Assembly (NCBI GenBank): GCA_036172245.1
Contig: JAYWIR010000092.1
Location: forward strand, 62,001-126,000
DNA length: 64,000 bases
Direction: 5' to 3'
Source of the DNA: Raillietiella orientalis
Taxonomy: Eukaryota
Numbering within the stretch: position 1 is the stretch's first letter; each line of letters begins with the position of its first letter. Below the pieces are notes generated by a model. The model saw only the letters and a list, made by a program, of their open reading frames with translations, had not been told where the DNA came from and searched no databases. Shown here piece by piece: positions 1 to 13,166 of this stretch. Both the position numbers and the translations under genes were made by a program.

Positions 1-1114
1 CGTGATCTAAGAAAAAAGTTGCTCGTTTCTCAACTTGCTAGTGGCCTGGGAGGCAATTGACTTCATATGTAAATTTTACTTGCCTTTGCTAATAAACAAA
101 CAAGGAAAAGAAAAACTCGGTTCTTCCAAACCTTCAAGGTACCATGCAGTGTGGCTGACATCCCTCTTGGCGCACAGTAAGCATGCGAACTTATCAGCTC
201 GAGCGGAGATGTCCGAACGTCTCTATAGGCAATGAAACTACGAAACGCCTGATTTCTATGTTCGCCAATCGCCAACCATCAATGTTTTTCTTCTCGATTT
301 CGCGACCATCGTACCATTTTTGTTATACGATGAAGGCAATCCTACAAACCAGTATCCGTGTTCCTCCCCAGAACTTTTCATTAGCGTCACACAGGGTGTC
401 GTGAATCTGTTCCCCGTGATCTCTCATCTTGGAGAAATCAGCTTTAGCGATCCCTCTTTTACAGTATAAACCAACTTTTCTTTTCCAAACACACATGGAA
501 AAAATAAAATTTAGTTTGTGTTCCCTTATTTGGATCGTTATGAAACCCATGCCGTGCCATAAATTCAGCAGACCTTTATGTCAATGCACACCCTTCCAAT
601 GGAACCAAAGAACAAGCGGTTAATAGCTTCCCTTTAGCAATCATGTGAAAGCGATTGAGCTCTTTAGTTTCGTCACTTTGATCAGGTAGCTTCCTGGAAT
701 TCCAGCCAGCAATTCAAGTTCTTCGGAAAAGTACAATTTGCCACGAATGGTGTCTGCAGTATCAGTTTTTCATTTTCTCTTCCAGGGAGTCTGAAACAAA
801 GCTGCAGTCAAAATAGGCGGCAATGCAATTTGAATTTGGGGATGCATTTGTTTACATGGTCACAATTAAGCATGGAAAACAACTTTTCCGATTCCGATAT
901 TGGAATTTGCGATAAATGTTCACTCGATATTTACGTACGAAAACGTTTTCATACATTCCACCGCACACCCGACAGCTCAGAATTAAACTGCTAATCTCAG
1001 CTGTAAGTCTCATACGAGAAAAGAGTTTCATGGATCACCAACAGTTATTCAACGTTATTGAATTGAATGCTGGAGCAAGGCACTATTTTACCTAAGATTT
1101 GGGTGGAATGTGCA
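1..1114. repeat. Left arm of a >=1.1 kb inverted duplication (partner 12054-13166)
   Basis: Base 1 onward (CGTGATCTAAGAAAAAAGTTGCTCG) is the reverse complement of 13166 backward. The match runs to TGCA at 1111-1114/12054-12057. ORF-track peptides 323..550(-) and 12618..12845(+) are nearly identical. The arm may continue beyond the window start. Confidence 0.95.
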
Positions 1115-3330
1115 GCCACAAGTCTTCTGATCCTCACGGATGACTACAGCCACAGGTTCAGTACTTCCCTGCGGAGACTAAGAAAACTGATTGAAAACCT
1201 TGCAGGGAGCAGTTGAAACTTACTTTCACGAGTACCGAACACGGTGTATCTTCTGCTGGTGGCAAGTTATTTGGTCCCCATCCTTGCTTGCAGAGTGGGT
1301 ATTTGCCTTCACTGACATCATTTGTAGTCTCGAAAACGAACGAGCAGCTTCCCTTTGTTTCGCAAAACTGAAGGGCGAATCCCGTATGATATCGTGAAAA
1401 GAGATCCTCAACTCCCAGGTTGCTTTTGATGAAAAGAGTGACCACCAGCAGCAACCACTGAAACTTGAAATTTTCAAAGCAACCAAAGGTCTATATTGCG
1501 TGGCAGCCTTGCATGAATGACCATCCGAAACTGCTAATGTCAATCACAGTTTATCCTATGAATCTTAGATGGAGGAAGTGTCCATTTCTACTCGTCGATA
1601 ATGCTGCGATGAAAGAACAAAACCATTCCGCATAACGTGTTCAGTTCCTTGTTTCAGAATCTCAAAGTCCCTACGCAATACTGAGGAAATGCTTACGTTC
1701 TCCCAGAAGCTATTCTGTTCGGCAATTGCATTACATGTCCGATCCACACGTCTCGTACCTCAGCCCTCGGCCACTCACTTCGGATTACAGGGAAAGTTTG
1801 TCTAAGCGCAATCTCAATATAGTTGCCATCGTATGATCAGACAACGAGGAAGCGTGGATTTATGAAACTGCACTTCCAAGTTATGCACGTAAACAGAAAT
1901 TAGCATACAATTAGCCGCATAAAGGTCTGTACGTAGTACCTTTCTCTCGGACCAATGTACAAATAGGGAAATCGGTATTTCCATGAGCCAAAGTAGTCAG
2001 TTTCAAGAAAATGCGCAAACCAGAGTGATGATCCTCTGACTACAGAATTATTTTAAAGCTCAATTTGCTGAACGTTCTTCGCCTTTATTATTCGCCACTT
2101 AATTCAGTCGTTAACACCATTGTACCCAACCAATCTTAAGTTCAGTGAAAATCACAAATCCTACATGATGATACCTCCCACATCGCATAATTGTCTTTGA
2201 GCTACCTTCAACACATTTTGCAATTTTGCTGCATTTAAAAAATGTTCAGCTTTTCAATCCTTTCGTAATAAGAAATACGACCACTGTAAAAAGATAGAAA
2301 CCAATCTGGCTTACGCCGATCTGAACTTAAATCTTGTAGAATTTTTAGGCGAACAGACTCATACCGTGAACATCATGCACCTCATAGATCCCTAATTCAA
2401 AATCGAGGTAGCAAAATATCACATCAATTAGAACTCTGCGTAAAAATTACACCGTTATCCCTGAGGTAACTTTTTCTTCATTTTCAGATCTCTTTTACTT
2501 CACATAAAATGTACAAACTATGAAGATAAATTCTTCATCATCCGCACCAGACAAAATCCTTTTATGATCTCATCTTACTACTACTCCTACAATTCCTCTA
2601 AGACACTAGTTATAAATGGTCTTCTCGTCCCTTTAATTCATTATAGATTTTTCACTTATTTGATCGCGACTATTCAAATCCGTCCCTCGACACCATTCCG
2701 GTGTTCCTGCTAAGCAACCATCGGGTTTTCTCTTACAAATTGCTTGATTGATGCTAAGGAAACGGCAGAAATTCTCACCCTACTCATCCTAGGAATTGTC
2801 ATCGCTCGCAGGTTCTCCTTTATTCCTGTTTGCTATTGACTGGAGCCTTCGTCACACCAGGAAACGTTACCTCAACTGCGAAAACCAAACGTGCCTACAA
2901 TTAAAGTTATCCATATTTGCTGGTTTTACAAATGCTGCAAGAAGCGCCGGCAGCAGACCATAAATCCAGAAACCGCGAGATGTTTGCGTCACTTGGATGG
3001 AAGTCTTCGAAAGCAGAACATGCGTGATTTTCGTAGATGGGAACCACATGTTCCCAGTCACGTGCGCTGAGCACGAAAGAATGCTGCAAAAAGGATTTTC
3101 ATTTGTATTAGCATACGCGCTTGTTGGAAGGCTTTTTTTTTTTCGATTTACCGTGCACATGTTGAGCAAATTTGCTATGATAAGGGTCCAGTGAAGCTTG
3201 CTGTTGTTTCAAAAGCGGAGCAGATGATAAAAATTGCTTTCCCGAGCTAAAAATCAGAGTGAAGCTGTTGTGATTGCTGCGTATGCTCTCCGCAGAATTT
3301 GTCAAAATAATCTGTTTTCATCCTTTAAGC
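1040..3330 (-). pseudogene. Probable decayed spliced host gene remnants, product unknown
   Basis: Two canonical short introns on the minus strand: 1223->1169 (GTAAGT...CTCCGCAG, 55 nt) and 3151->3084 (GTAAAT...GCTAAT...TTTTTGCAG, 68 nt). Flanking frames contain stops and I recognise no domain. Confidence 0.3.
2255..2700 (-). rRNA. rrnL: Nuclear copy (NUMT) of the 3' part of mitochondrial large-subunit (16S) rRNA; fragment, presumably non-functional
   Basis: Reverse-complement metazoan mt-16S landmarks occur in the right order: TCCTTTCGTA (2258), AGATAGAAACCAATCTGGCTTACGCCGATCTGAACTTAAATC (about 2292; resembles the 16Sbr primer site), ATTCAAAATCGAGGTAGCAAA (about 2395), GTTATCCCTGAGGTAACT (about 2454), GGTCTTCTCGTC (2618). 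Confidence 0.9.
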
Positions 3331-3349
3331 AATTAAGAAGCAATTGTTT

Positions 3350-3625
3350 TAGGCTCCGAGCAGGCCAGCAAAGCGGCTGCTAGCGGGGCGTCCCGCAACG
3401 AAAGGCGGCGACAACATGTTCTTTCGGTCGCCTACCGGAATGTTAACAATAGACGACAGTCGATCCCACATGGGGCGTAGGGCAACGCATTAGATGAAAA
3501 TGTGGGAAAAACTTTCCCTTCTCCCGCACGCTGCTTAATTGGCATCCACACTCCCTCCTGTGGGTCTTGTACCACAATTGTTCAGTAATTTTTCAATAAA
3601 CGCCTCGCTGTGATCAGATGGTACT
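3350..3625 (+). mobile_element. Degraded 3' end of a Tx1-like element
   Basis: GGGTCTTGTACC (cf. GGGGCCTTGTACC in the B 3' UTR) and AATAAACGCCTCG at 3595, which matches the shared terminal motif. Confidence 0.55.
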
Positions 3626-3634
3626 CCAACCTGT

Positions 3635-5110
3635 CTTTCTTGCGAGCGGACGTGTTTTCGAATCGATCCACAAAGTGGTGGTTGGGAAGGCTTCTTTAAT
3701 TGTGGGTGCTGTGAGGGATCGCCGGTGATTCATGGCGGAGATACGTGAGGTCACTGCGATAGAGACCAGGGAGAGAGGCCAGTTCCTCTCCCCTACCTAC
3801 AGTGGTACAAGCATCCGAACCATCAGAATCGGAGGCAACTGACCCCTCGAGACCCTCTTCGCGGAAGTAGAGAGGCTGGAACAGCGTGATTTTCGCAACA
3901 TCTCCTGAAGCCTTAGTAGGAGCAGCCGCATATAAGGCACAGGACTATAAACCTAGCCTAATATACAAGGTAGATTGCATATTTCAAGAGGATACCTCGC
4001 GTGCGATCACGAGGGAATTCCAGGTACTGAACGTGAAGGAGGCAGACCTTGGAGGACTATCAGTGCTGAGTAGGGGTCAGTGCAACGAGCTGACTTGCAA
4101 AGAAGCAAGTCTGGCACAGCGCTTGTTAAGGACTCCCATGGGGCTAAACCGTTGCAAGGACTTTCCTTTCTTCCAGGATCAATCGACGGTATTCCACCTA
4201 ACGGGCATCACCCAATGAATAGAAAAAAAGGCAGTGCACGAGAGACTGCAAGAATTAAGCACCTTAAACGCGTTATGGGTCAAGTCGAAAGTTCATAAAG
4301 TGTTCCGTGGGTTCTTCATCAGGCTAACTGCCGCGCGCATCACTATTGCGGAAAATAAAGGGCTTCCCTACAAGATCCAGCTCAGAAACGACTCCGTGGA
4401 AGTTTGGTATGTGGGGAAGTCCAAGTACTACGGGTACTGCGATGTTCCGAAACACCTCAAAAAACAGTGTCCGAACTTCTATTGCATTATGTGTAAGAAA
4501 AAAAGCCATATGCGAAGTGCGTGCTCGAAAAGGAAAACCGCAGTATTCGCAGCAGAGAACAAAGAACAAGCAAAACGGGCAGGGGAATTTTGGAAAAGTC
4601 CTGCATGGAAAAGGGGCCGAACCAAAAACGAGATCCTCATCCCAGTCAGTAAACGTCGTCGTCGGACAGAAATGCCGACGACGCTGGTGACAACGACAGT
4701 TGGCAATTGGTGAAGCTCCGAGAAAATATGAAAAAGTCTCCCAAAGCGGAGACAACTGTGGCGCATGAAAAACCACGACGCGAAAAACTTCATAAATGTT
4801 CGGTGACCTTAAAGTGTATGGTGGCAAACGATGCCGCCACTGGGGCAGCAATCCCCTCCATCGTGTACGCCGAAGCCGGGACAAGCGTGGACGAACCATC
4901 TGTGCAAACAGAGGCGGAGCCGTGAGACTCGCTTTACGTGATCGAAGTGGCCGCCTTCCAGAATGCGGCGGAAGAACTCGCAGCCGAACTGCAAGGCCCT
5001 GAGAGCGAAAAGCGGCTATCACAAGGTCCGCAAAGCACCTAGTGATAGCCGACCGCTAGAAAGCCCCCGGAGGCAGACGAGGCTCAATCCCGCCTACGAA
5101 AAGTCCGATT
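3635..5110 (+). pseudogene. Tx1-like 5' end and ORF1 (B-like), degraded
   Basis: GGACGTGTTTT at 3648; YKAQDYKPSLIYKV, similar to B ORF1; WYVGK followed by knuckle remnants (YCDVPKHLKKQC, CIMCKKKSHMRSAC); stops and frameshifts. Confidence 0.85.
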
Positions 5111-5184
5111 GCGCTAAACAAACGTGGCAACACATCAATAGCAGTGCCTCCCTAAGCTATTATGGTTAAAACCAGTTACCAACA

Positions 5185-6738
5185 CAGTTTTCGCAGGACA
5201 CTGCAGTCCACAAGTGGGAAGGAAAAGACTCGATCTCTCCGTACCTCAAGCAGTTTGGCCAGGCAGCTCCCCCAGAAACGATCCCTCTTGCTCATTACGG
5301 TGTAGAACCTAGTGGAAAAACAGCAGCACATCTTTCCATTTCAAGGGAGCACGCAGCTGTCCAAACACACGGGGGATTTGCTATCTCTTTGGGGGGCATA
5401 CTTAAATATTCGTTGCACCGAAGCACCGATTCCGATGTGTGGCGACTTCCACCGACTCTTTTCCCATCCTTGAACCGATGAGCATAGACACTCCTTCAAT
5501 TGTGCAGGAAAAGTCTCATTCCGCCAGTAGGCAACTGTCACTGATTGCCCTGAAGGCAGACAGCACAGCGGCGAACAGTATGTCGAAAAGACGATCCGAC
5601 TTCTTGGACTTCATGAATTCGCCAAGTGAATGGGTGGAGAGAACTCTTAGACGTCGCAGATCTTCCGCGCTCATTCCTCCGCTAGCAACCAGCGATGCAA
5701 AACATTACTATCGCTACGCACTATTGTTTATAGGACGGCAGGAAATCCAACTGAGGGCTTCCAGCAGCGAGGAAAGCTGGCTCAGCGGGAAACCAAACCC
5801 TTTTCTAATGTACCGAAAGTGGGACAGCAACGGAAGCAGTCCCTCGCTACACGTGCAGCGCCTTAGTATAAGGCGTGCGGGTAAGCACCAAGGCGTACAG
5901 CGCAGCTTGGCACAGAGGCGCAGCATACGAAACTGCATCTGCAGCTTGATTCTTTTTATGTCGAGTATGAGAAGCCTTCATCCTGAGGCGGCACCACCAA
6001 GTCTTTAAGTCGTACTCGGGATCTTGCAGCGCTCCACAACGCTTTGCGTAGAAGGCGCTGCGCCCAGGCTATGACTTCCTGGGGGGTGGGTAAACAAAAA
6101 GCAGGGGGCGAGGGAGAAGAGCAACAAAGGTGTTCCATATGCTATCCCGTTCTGGCAAGACCAACTCGTCACCGGACAACGTACGAAGTGCACGCTCTGC
6201 CTACTGAAGGCAGTCTGCCTACTCTTCCCCAAGTCAGAAGAAGCCTAAAGGCATGCAAGATACTTGAAGCACCTGCTCGTGTGGTCCGCAAAAGGATGCA
6301 GTGGGACTGCCCTTTCGCGACGCAAGCACCAGGAAGACCATGCACTTGCAACTGTGGACGCTGACACCCGCTCCACAACGGAACAGATTAAAGAAATTCT
6401 CAAGCGACGCCGCTGAAGTGGACATGGGCAGCAGGAAAAGAAGGTATTCGAAATAGGCCGCGTCTGCCGGCGCATCAGCACAGGAGTTTGGCAGGTTGAT
6501 GAGCGTTAGCATGTAAGCCGGCATCAACAATCGAGAGTAGATACTGAAGAGCAACGCGCTTAAGCAATCGCCTTGAATGATATCGCGTTGTACCGCTACA
6601 CCGCACACGCAGCAGCCACTGAAATCCGTGAATGTTTCCTCAGGGCACCAGCCGGAGCGCAAGTACGACAAGAAAGCTGCCGTAGATGTTCCAAGTTCTC
6701 GATAAGAAACTTTTGATTCCCAGAGTGGAACGCCTTAT
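5185..6738 (-). pseudogene. Tx1-like ORF2 3' half (E-like), broken at the KAFD motif
   Basis: IIQGDCLS, SRVRLKDL and QFRMLRLCAKL..TPWCLPARL, close to 57244-58071. On the minus strand it starts with KAFHSGNQKFLIENLEHL, homologous to KAFDCVNQKFLLELLERL. Confidence 0.9.
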
Positions 6739-7260
6739 GCTTGCTGGGTGGACGTGTATTCTCGATACTCCTCGGTTCCAGGAACTTTCCCTTAGCATTC
6801 GCGCTGTGTGGCTCGGTGGTCGTTCAGGCCGCAAAGTTAGATACGACCAGCAGTGACTGCCAGTGGGAGACGGTGACCTCGTTCTCAGAGGCGAAGGTGG
6901 AGGAAGCAGTCACCCTTACAGAAACGTTACCTGCTGCAGCACGGGTATGGAGCGCGGTTGCAGCGGCGACTATGCTCGCTACCGCGGCGGAATTCAGTGC
7001 CTACGTGAAGTAGTGGTACAAACTCTCGTTACGTGACAAGGTAGGTAACATATACTGCAGAGGTCGCGCGTGACGTTTCCTAGGCGACAGGCGATCTCAA
7101 CCTTTAAGAGGAAGAACTTTGCGCAATGACCGTTCGCAGCGGGGACAGTATGTTCAGGTGATCTGCAAACAGGCAGATCTGTCCTTAGGTATGCTGAAAA
7201 TCCCCGTTTTCACAGAGACAAGCAGGTCTCTTTCCACTACGGTGGACCGCAGTAGTGTGG
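6739..7260 (+). mobile_element. Family C 5' end and start of ORF1, degraded
   Basis: Colinear with 28513-29040, including GGACGTG at 6750 and the VICKQA(D/E)L codons. Confidence 0.85.
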
Positions 7261-9612
7261 TCCAGCTGTAAGGAGTAACAGCACGGATACGGATGGAAAC
7301 CCTAAGGCCCAGGCCGCACACGACACCCCGGCGACCAACGCCGAAATTGTCAACGGAAACGGCAAGAAGCCTGGGCAGCAGGTGGCAGCAGTGAGTCTTG
7401 TAGAAGGGTTGAAGGGGCGTACGTTGAATCTAGAGGTCATCGCATTCATGACTTTGTTGAGGATGTCAATGGTACGCTGCCAATTGTCGTTAGACTGTGG
7501 TTGTGTTAGCAGAGATGTGAGACTCGGGCTGTAAGCACTGAGCACAGAATGTGTGTTTGTGTGTAGTGTATGCTGAAAGTTTGGCAATTCCTGTTGTACT
7601 TCAGAGTCACTCGATATGGGCTCGTTGGATTAGCGCAAAGGATACGGGTGAGTTAGATGTACGAGTGGCACGTTGTGTTGTGAAGTACGGGAAACAGGGG
7701 AATCTGATGGTACTCTTGGATGTTCAGGAGCGGTCAAAACATTTTGCTGTGCGTAAGAGATCCCTCATTTCCAGTTTATTAGGTAAAACGGTTCCGTGTG
7801 TTGCTATTGTAGCAAAACGATTGAATGTGGGTATCGAAGGAGGAGCACGTGGTTTAGGAAGTGGTTCCTTGCGTTGATTTTGCAATCGCATCTGCCATCG
7901 AGTTTGACTGTGTAATCCACTTATTGAGGGAAAGGTGGCTTTACAGTTGGAAATGCTACATTGGGAAGAAAGGAGTGCCACGGGAAGCTGCTGAAGAGCG
8001 ATGTGTTTAAACTATGGGTGGTGATGTGCATGATAGGAGATATCCGAGTTGCATTTCCCGCAGTGCAGCTTGTGCTTGCAAAAAGACCGCTTGTGTGCAG
8101 TGCTTAAGTGGCGTTAGAGAGCGAAGCGTGTTGCTGAAATCGAGATTTTGTGTTTTACAGGAATAAAAAGGTATTCGAATGTCCGTGCGTGGGGGTTAGT
8201 GGGAAAGGAATTGGGTAGTGTGGACGCAGTAGAGGTAGCAAGGACTCGAGCTAGAGGTGGGGTTATAACTCACTGACGAGGAGAGCTTCGGAATCAACGG
8301 TGGTATTTGTTTCTGGTTGTATTTCGGAGAAGGGCCTTTGCGCTATATAGATGAAGGTGACACGGAAGCAGCACTATGTATTGGTTGCCAAGTGGTGGGT
8401 GAAGGGTCATCTCTGTTAAGTATTGGAGCAGAAATTGATTGTGTGATGCTATGCATGGTGTGTGCAGCATTCTCAAAAGGGCATGATGTTTCAGCCGAAC
8501 AGTAATCTTCCCGAGCGATCGCACTCTAACGAGGGATGTTTTGCAACTTATGGTGAAAGAGGTTGGTGTAATGGGAGGGTAGCGTAGAGGGGAAACTTTA
8601 GCGGAGAAAGTTCCTGGGAGCATGACGCGATGCTGATTTTCTACATCAGCAAATGTCAGTGATCAAGGCGACAGCGTGGATTTCATTTGACGTGAATCTA
8701 GAGGCGATTAGGCATTGGGGTCTGCTTGCAGTTGCTCAGTCATATAAGAATCAGTCAGTGAGAGAATTTCGGCAGGTAAAGGTCGGAATACGTCTTTGTG
8801 ATGTTGGAAAATGGCAATTGCTTTTTGTGTTCCAGTAGTCATTACAGGTTGTGGTTCGGGAATCACATTGTTGTCAGGTTCACGTTGAGCAGTCGCATTG
8901 AGCGGTGGTTGGTAGTTGCTTGATAATTCGATGACAGTCGCTGATTGGTCTTCAATGGGGTGTTCGTATGTTGTTATGTAACTAGTGCCAGGTTTTTCGT
9001 CGAAGGCTCCGTGTAGTAACGATTTCTGGGTTTTTGATGTACCGTGTGTTGTCCGCTTGTGAGTACAGAGGTGGCTTTTACAGTCGAAGCTGGATGCACA
9101 GGACGCGCATGAATATTTAAGTTTTTTCAGGAAACGAGGAAGCGCCACATTTCGAATTGAGTAAGTACATTTATGAGTCGGAGGAATAGTGGAACACATC
9201 TGCAGTAAAATCGTATTGGTCACAAAAGCAAGTGGACCTTTGGGGAGTTCCACCATGTATACGTGTCAGATGGTGCTCGAGGTTACGGGAACAATTGTGC
9301 CTTTCTTCGGCAGAGGATGCGATTTCACAGTCAGGAATAAAACATGTGCAAGGACGTGGAAGCGAAATGCAAATATATAACCCACGGTTGGCGTATAAAA
9401 ATGCAATTTGCGAATTTTGTTTTCGAGTTTCCATGGTTCAAAGAGTGGTTTCTCTCATGTGACCGGAGTAAAGGGGAATTTCCCACAAACGATTGCAAAG
9501 GCAGGCACAGCAGTGCATGCGAAGACGGCGTTAGGGGTACAGGCTCAACTTCAGCTACGTTGAACGCGGTAAGAGTCTGTTATATGTGTGGCACGTGGTC
9601 GCTCCGCCATCT
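7260..9612 (-). pseudogene. Decayed multi-C2H2 zinc-finger ORF, possibly the N-terminal part of an unrelated retroelement
   Basis: CFIPDC...HLTRIH (9171..9434), CASCASSFDCKSHLCTHKRTTH (8708..9256) and CSISNCKATFPSISGLHS (7724..7981). Candidate start AAGATGGCGG at about 9610. Many frameshifts; no RT seen. Confidence 0.5.
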
Positions 9613-10099
9613 TTGGAAAATTAGTTTTGCAAATGAAAGAAAAAAGAATTAACTAATTGATCAAAAATTCCGGTTTTCATAATATTCCAAAAAGCACAGA
9701 AAATGCCAATTTTTGGTCGTATTAAGAATGGAAACTCGAAATTAACTGTTGAGACCGTGTGATGCTTTGAGACCGTAACTATTGAGAATCAATTCAAGCT
9801 TGCACTGATAATTTTGATTCCCACTTGGTGTAAGAAAGTTTTCACAAAAATTTAATAGTTCTTTCAAAATATTAAGGTCAAAAGGAAGATTGGGGTAACT
9901 TTTACCTAAGCGAACCAACACCTTTCTAGTTAGACTATCGCAGTTGCAGACGGTCAAAGGAGAGCCCTTTCGTTCACCACAATATTCACTGTATCACTAC
10001 GATTCCTTGTAAACAAGTAAAATAAATCCGTAAGACACATGCAGTTCAATATAAAAGTAAACCCCTTGAGAAAAATTTACTTACTTTACAATCCAGCTG

Positions 10100-10472
10100 T
10101 CACCTTTGGCAGCGACTCGCAGACCTGTCTGCAAATAAAGGCTGACGATGGCTAACCTGCATAGCTCTTGATCAGGTACGCCGTCCGTAGCGCATACGCC
10201 GATGACCTGCTTCCCCTTTTACCCATAATCACTCTGGCTTCCAGTCTCGAGCATTTCCTCGAGCTGATTTGACGTGGAGCGGAACAAGTTTGTTCCGGTT
10301 CCTGTTGGTGCAGTGAAGGAGCGGCAGTCCGACTGGATCCGCTTGGGGATCCCCACCTCTGAGTCTTTGAAGTGCTTAGGCATCCCGATGAAAAAAATCA
10401 GCCCAGTGGAAGCGTGGCCAGACTGCTTTCGGAAGGCTTAGAGTGCTCAAAGCCCGTTACACCTTGGCAGGT
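10100..10472 (+). pseudogene. Tx1-like RT fragment
   Basis: GCATACGCCGATGACCTG (AYADDL) at about 10192, followed by DWIRLGIPT..FKCLG. Confidence 0.85.
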
Positions 10473-11060
10473 TTCTCACGCCGGTTAGCCAGGGCTTTGA
10501 TCACGAAAATTTTACATACAAAATTTCATAATAATCTCTTGTCGTTTTAGTTAATTTTCAGTAAAAACACGAAATTCTGCCTTGACGCACCTGTACTTAC
10601 TGACCCTGAGGCCGGTAATGTTCTCTGCACTGACAATGGGGTCGAGAAACGCAGAAAAAACAGCACATAATAAAAACTCCTGGGGGTACAATGCTTCTGG
10701 GGAGCGGAGGGTATGGAAGGAATCAGGGTACGCCGTGGTGAGGCCTCTTCATCCAGTTTTGGATGCGAAGAAGTTTCGGCAGAAGTTTCCTTAGTCGGTG
10801 CCAACATTAAACTTTCAGGCCAACAGGAAACGGTGGGAACATGCTTTTGCAGCGCCAAATTCCTTCAACGGAACTCTCGTCGATCCTGAACATTCCGGTG
10901 GGCGACTCCAAGAACATTTTTCGACTCCTCCTGATGCGGGAAGCCATGCCAGCTTCCGGATGTGTAGCAGTGCTCTGTTGCATACGCGGAATCCTGTATA
11001 AGTAGACTGCGTCAAAAAGAGTTCGCAGGAGTCGGAACGCCATCGACTTTGCGGTGATCT
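10473..11060 (-). mobile_element. Tx1-like 3' end fragment
   Basis: Homologous to 18648-19285; both 3' hairpins are present in degraded form (about 10603-10620 and 10474-10500). Confidence 0.75.
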
Positions 11061-11419
11061 CAAAGGAGGACACTTCTCGTTAGCGGTGGCTGAGAAAAAT
11101 ACTGCCCGCACTTGATTGCATCCAAAACCGGATGCACAGACCTCTTCTCGGCATTTCGTGGTCTCTTCTCTTCCCTCTCCTGCCCATAAAACATTGTCTT
11201 CCTAGGCGATTGTGTGTGTTTTTGTTTTTCTTCAGGTCTACCCGCCCCCTTCGCCAGTGGAGAGGACCTTACCGGCCTGCGTGTCGGTATGAACAAGTGC
11301 CTCAAGTCAGTCAATGCACATCATTCTGACTGAAAATTAAGTTCATGTGACAATACTCCAGTAAGAAATTTTCATTTGTAAACTTCTAATAATAAAAGCC
11401 TTGGCAAAACTGAGTGAAA
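11060..11419 (+). mobile_element. Tx1-like 3' end fragment, back-to-back with the previous one
   Basis: Hairpin ACCGG-CCTGCGTG-TCGGT at 11271-11288; AATAAAAGCCTTGGCAAAACTGAGTGAAA at 11391-11419. Confidence 0.8.
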
Positions 11420-12053
11420 TACGTTGCTGAACCGCGGAACAGGTGAGGTTTCCGCCTCATTTCGCTCATCAAAGGTGTGCCTTCTACATAAGGAAGATCT
11501 GAGGAACGTGAACAAGTATCGCAATAGTCAATGAGGACACCTTATTGCTGGCTCAGTTGTGACCTTCGCGGCTAGGACAAGTTGCAAACGTTTCCATCCG
11601 CTCGCAGCAGACATATGCTATTACCGGGCGAAGCATTATAGGTTAAACTTTTCCACGCTTCCAAATGACTGGATCTCTAGCATGAAACGGGGTAGATGCG
11701 TGACGGAAATTCCGTTGCGTACGTCGCTAAGGAGGTCGATGGTGAACAGAAAAGAACGCCCTTGCGGTGGCTGTCGACTTGCATGAAAAACATCGATGCA
11801 TGGAAGAGAAAAACGTGTTCGATTTTCTGTAACGCTTGGGCTTCCCAGCCTATCTGAGCTCCAGTTGGTCCGACGCGCTCATCAACGTTTTTTTCGGCAA
11901 GCACACCGTGCACACTGTTCCGATGTTGCGTGGCATACGGCAGGAATATAGACTGAGCCCCTTGCTCTTCAGTACCTTCATCGAGTTGATATTCAGAGCC
12001 TGCAGGCAAACTCAAGCGAACCTGCCTCGCGACTATCCCGGTACGCCTGCGGA
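11420..12053 (+). pseudogene. Tx1-like RT fragment (C/G-like)
   Basis: GFPAYLSSSWSDAL...RGIRQEYRLSPLLFSTF (11836..12171). It fuses directly to the right arm of the inverted repeat. Confidence 0.85.
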
Positions 12054-13166
12054 TGCACATTCCACCCAAATCTCAGGTGAAACAGTGCCTTGCTCCAGCA
12101 TGCAATTCAATAACGCTGAATTATTGCTGGTGATCCATGAAACTCTTTTCTCGTATGAGACTTACAGCTGAGATTAGCAGTTTAATTCTGACCTGTCGGG
12201 TGTGCGGTGGAACGTATGAAAACGTTTTCGTACGTAAATATCGAGTGAACATTTATCGCGAATTCCAATATCGGAATCGGAAAAGTTGTTTTCCATGCTT
12301 AATTGTGACCATGTAAACAAATGCATCCCCAAATTCAAATTGCATTGCCGCCTATTTTGACTGCAGCTTTGTTTCAGACTCCCTGGAAGAGAAAATGAAA
12401 AACTGATACTGCAGACACCATTCGTGGCAAATTGCACTTTTCCGAAGAACTTGAATTGCTGGCTGCAATTCCAGGAAGCAACCTGATCAAAGTGACGAAA
12501 CTATAGTGCTCAATTGCTTTCACATGATTGCTAAAGCGAAGCTATTAACCGCTTGTTCTTTGGTTCCATTGGAAGGGTGTGCATTGACATAAAGGTCTGC
12601 TGACTTTATGGCACGGCATGGGTTTCATAACGATCCAAATAAGGGAACACAAACTAAATTTTATTTTTTCCATGTGTGTTTGGAAAAGAAAAGTTGGTTT
12701 ATACTGTAAAAGAGGGATCGGTAAAGCTGATTTCTCCAAGATGAGAGATCACGGGGAACAGATTCACGACACCCTGTGTGACGCTAATGAAAAGTTCTGG
12801 GGAGGAACACGGATACTGGTTTGTAGGATTGCCTTCATCGTATAACAAAAATGGTACGATGGTCGCGAAATCGAGAAGAAAAACATTGATGGTTGGCGAT
12901 TGCGAACAAAGAAATCAGGCGTTTCGTAGTTTCTTTGCCTATAGAGACGTTCGGACATCTCCGCTCGAGCTGATAAGCTCGCATGCTTACTGTGCGCCAA
13001 GAGGGATGTCGGCCACACTGCATGGTACCTTGAAGGTTTGGAAGAACTGAGTTTTTCTTTTCCTCGTTTGTTTATTAGCAAAGGCAAGTTAAATTTACAT
13101 ATGAAGTCAATTGCCTCCCAGGCCACTAGCAAGTTGAGAAACGAGCAACTTTTTTCTTAGATCACG
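12054..13166. repeat. Right arm of the inverted duplication (partner 1-1114)
   Basis: Reverse complement of 1-1114 with scattered substitutions and small indels. Confidence 0.95.

Noticed and set aside
1..13166. Large DNA transposon with 1.1 kb TIRs
   Set aside because: No transposase between the arms, the arms carry exon/intron-like sequence, and the outer boundary is simply the window edge.
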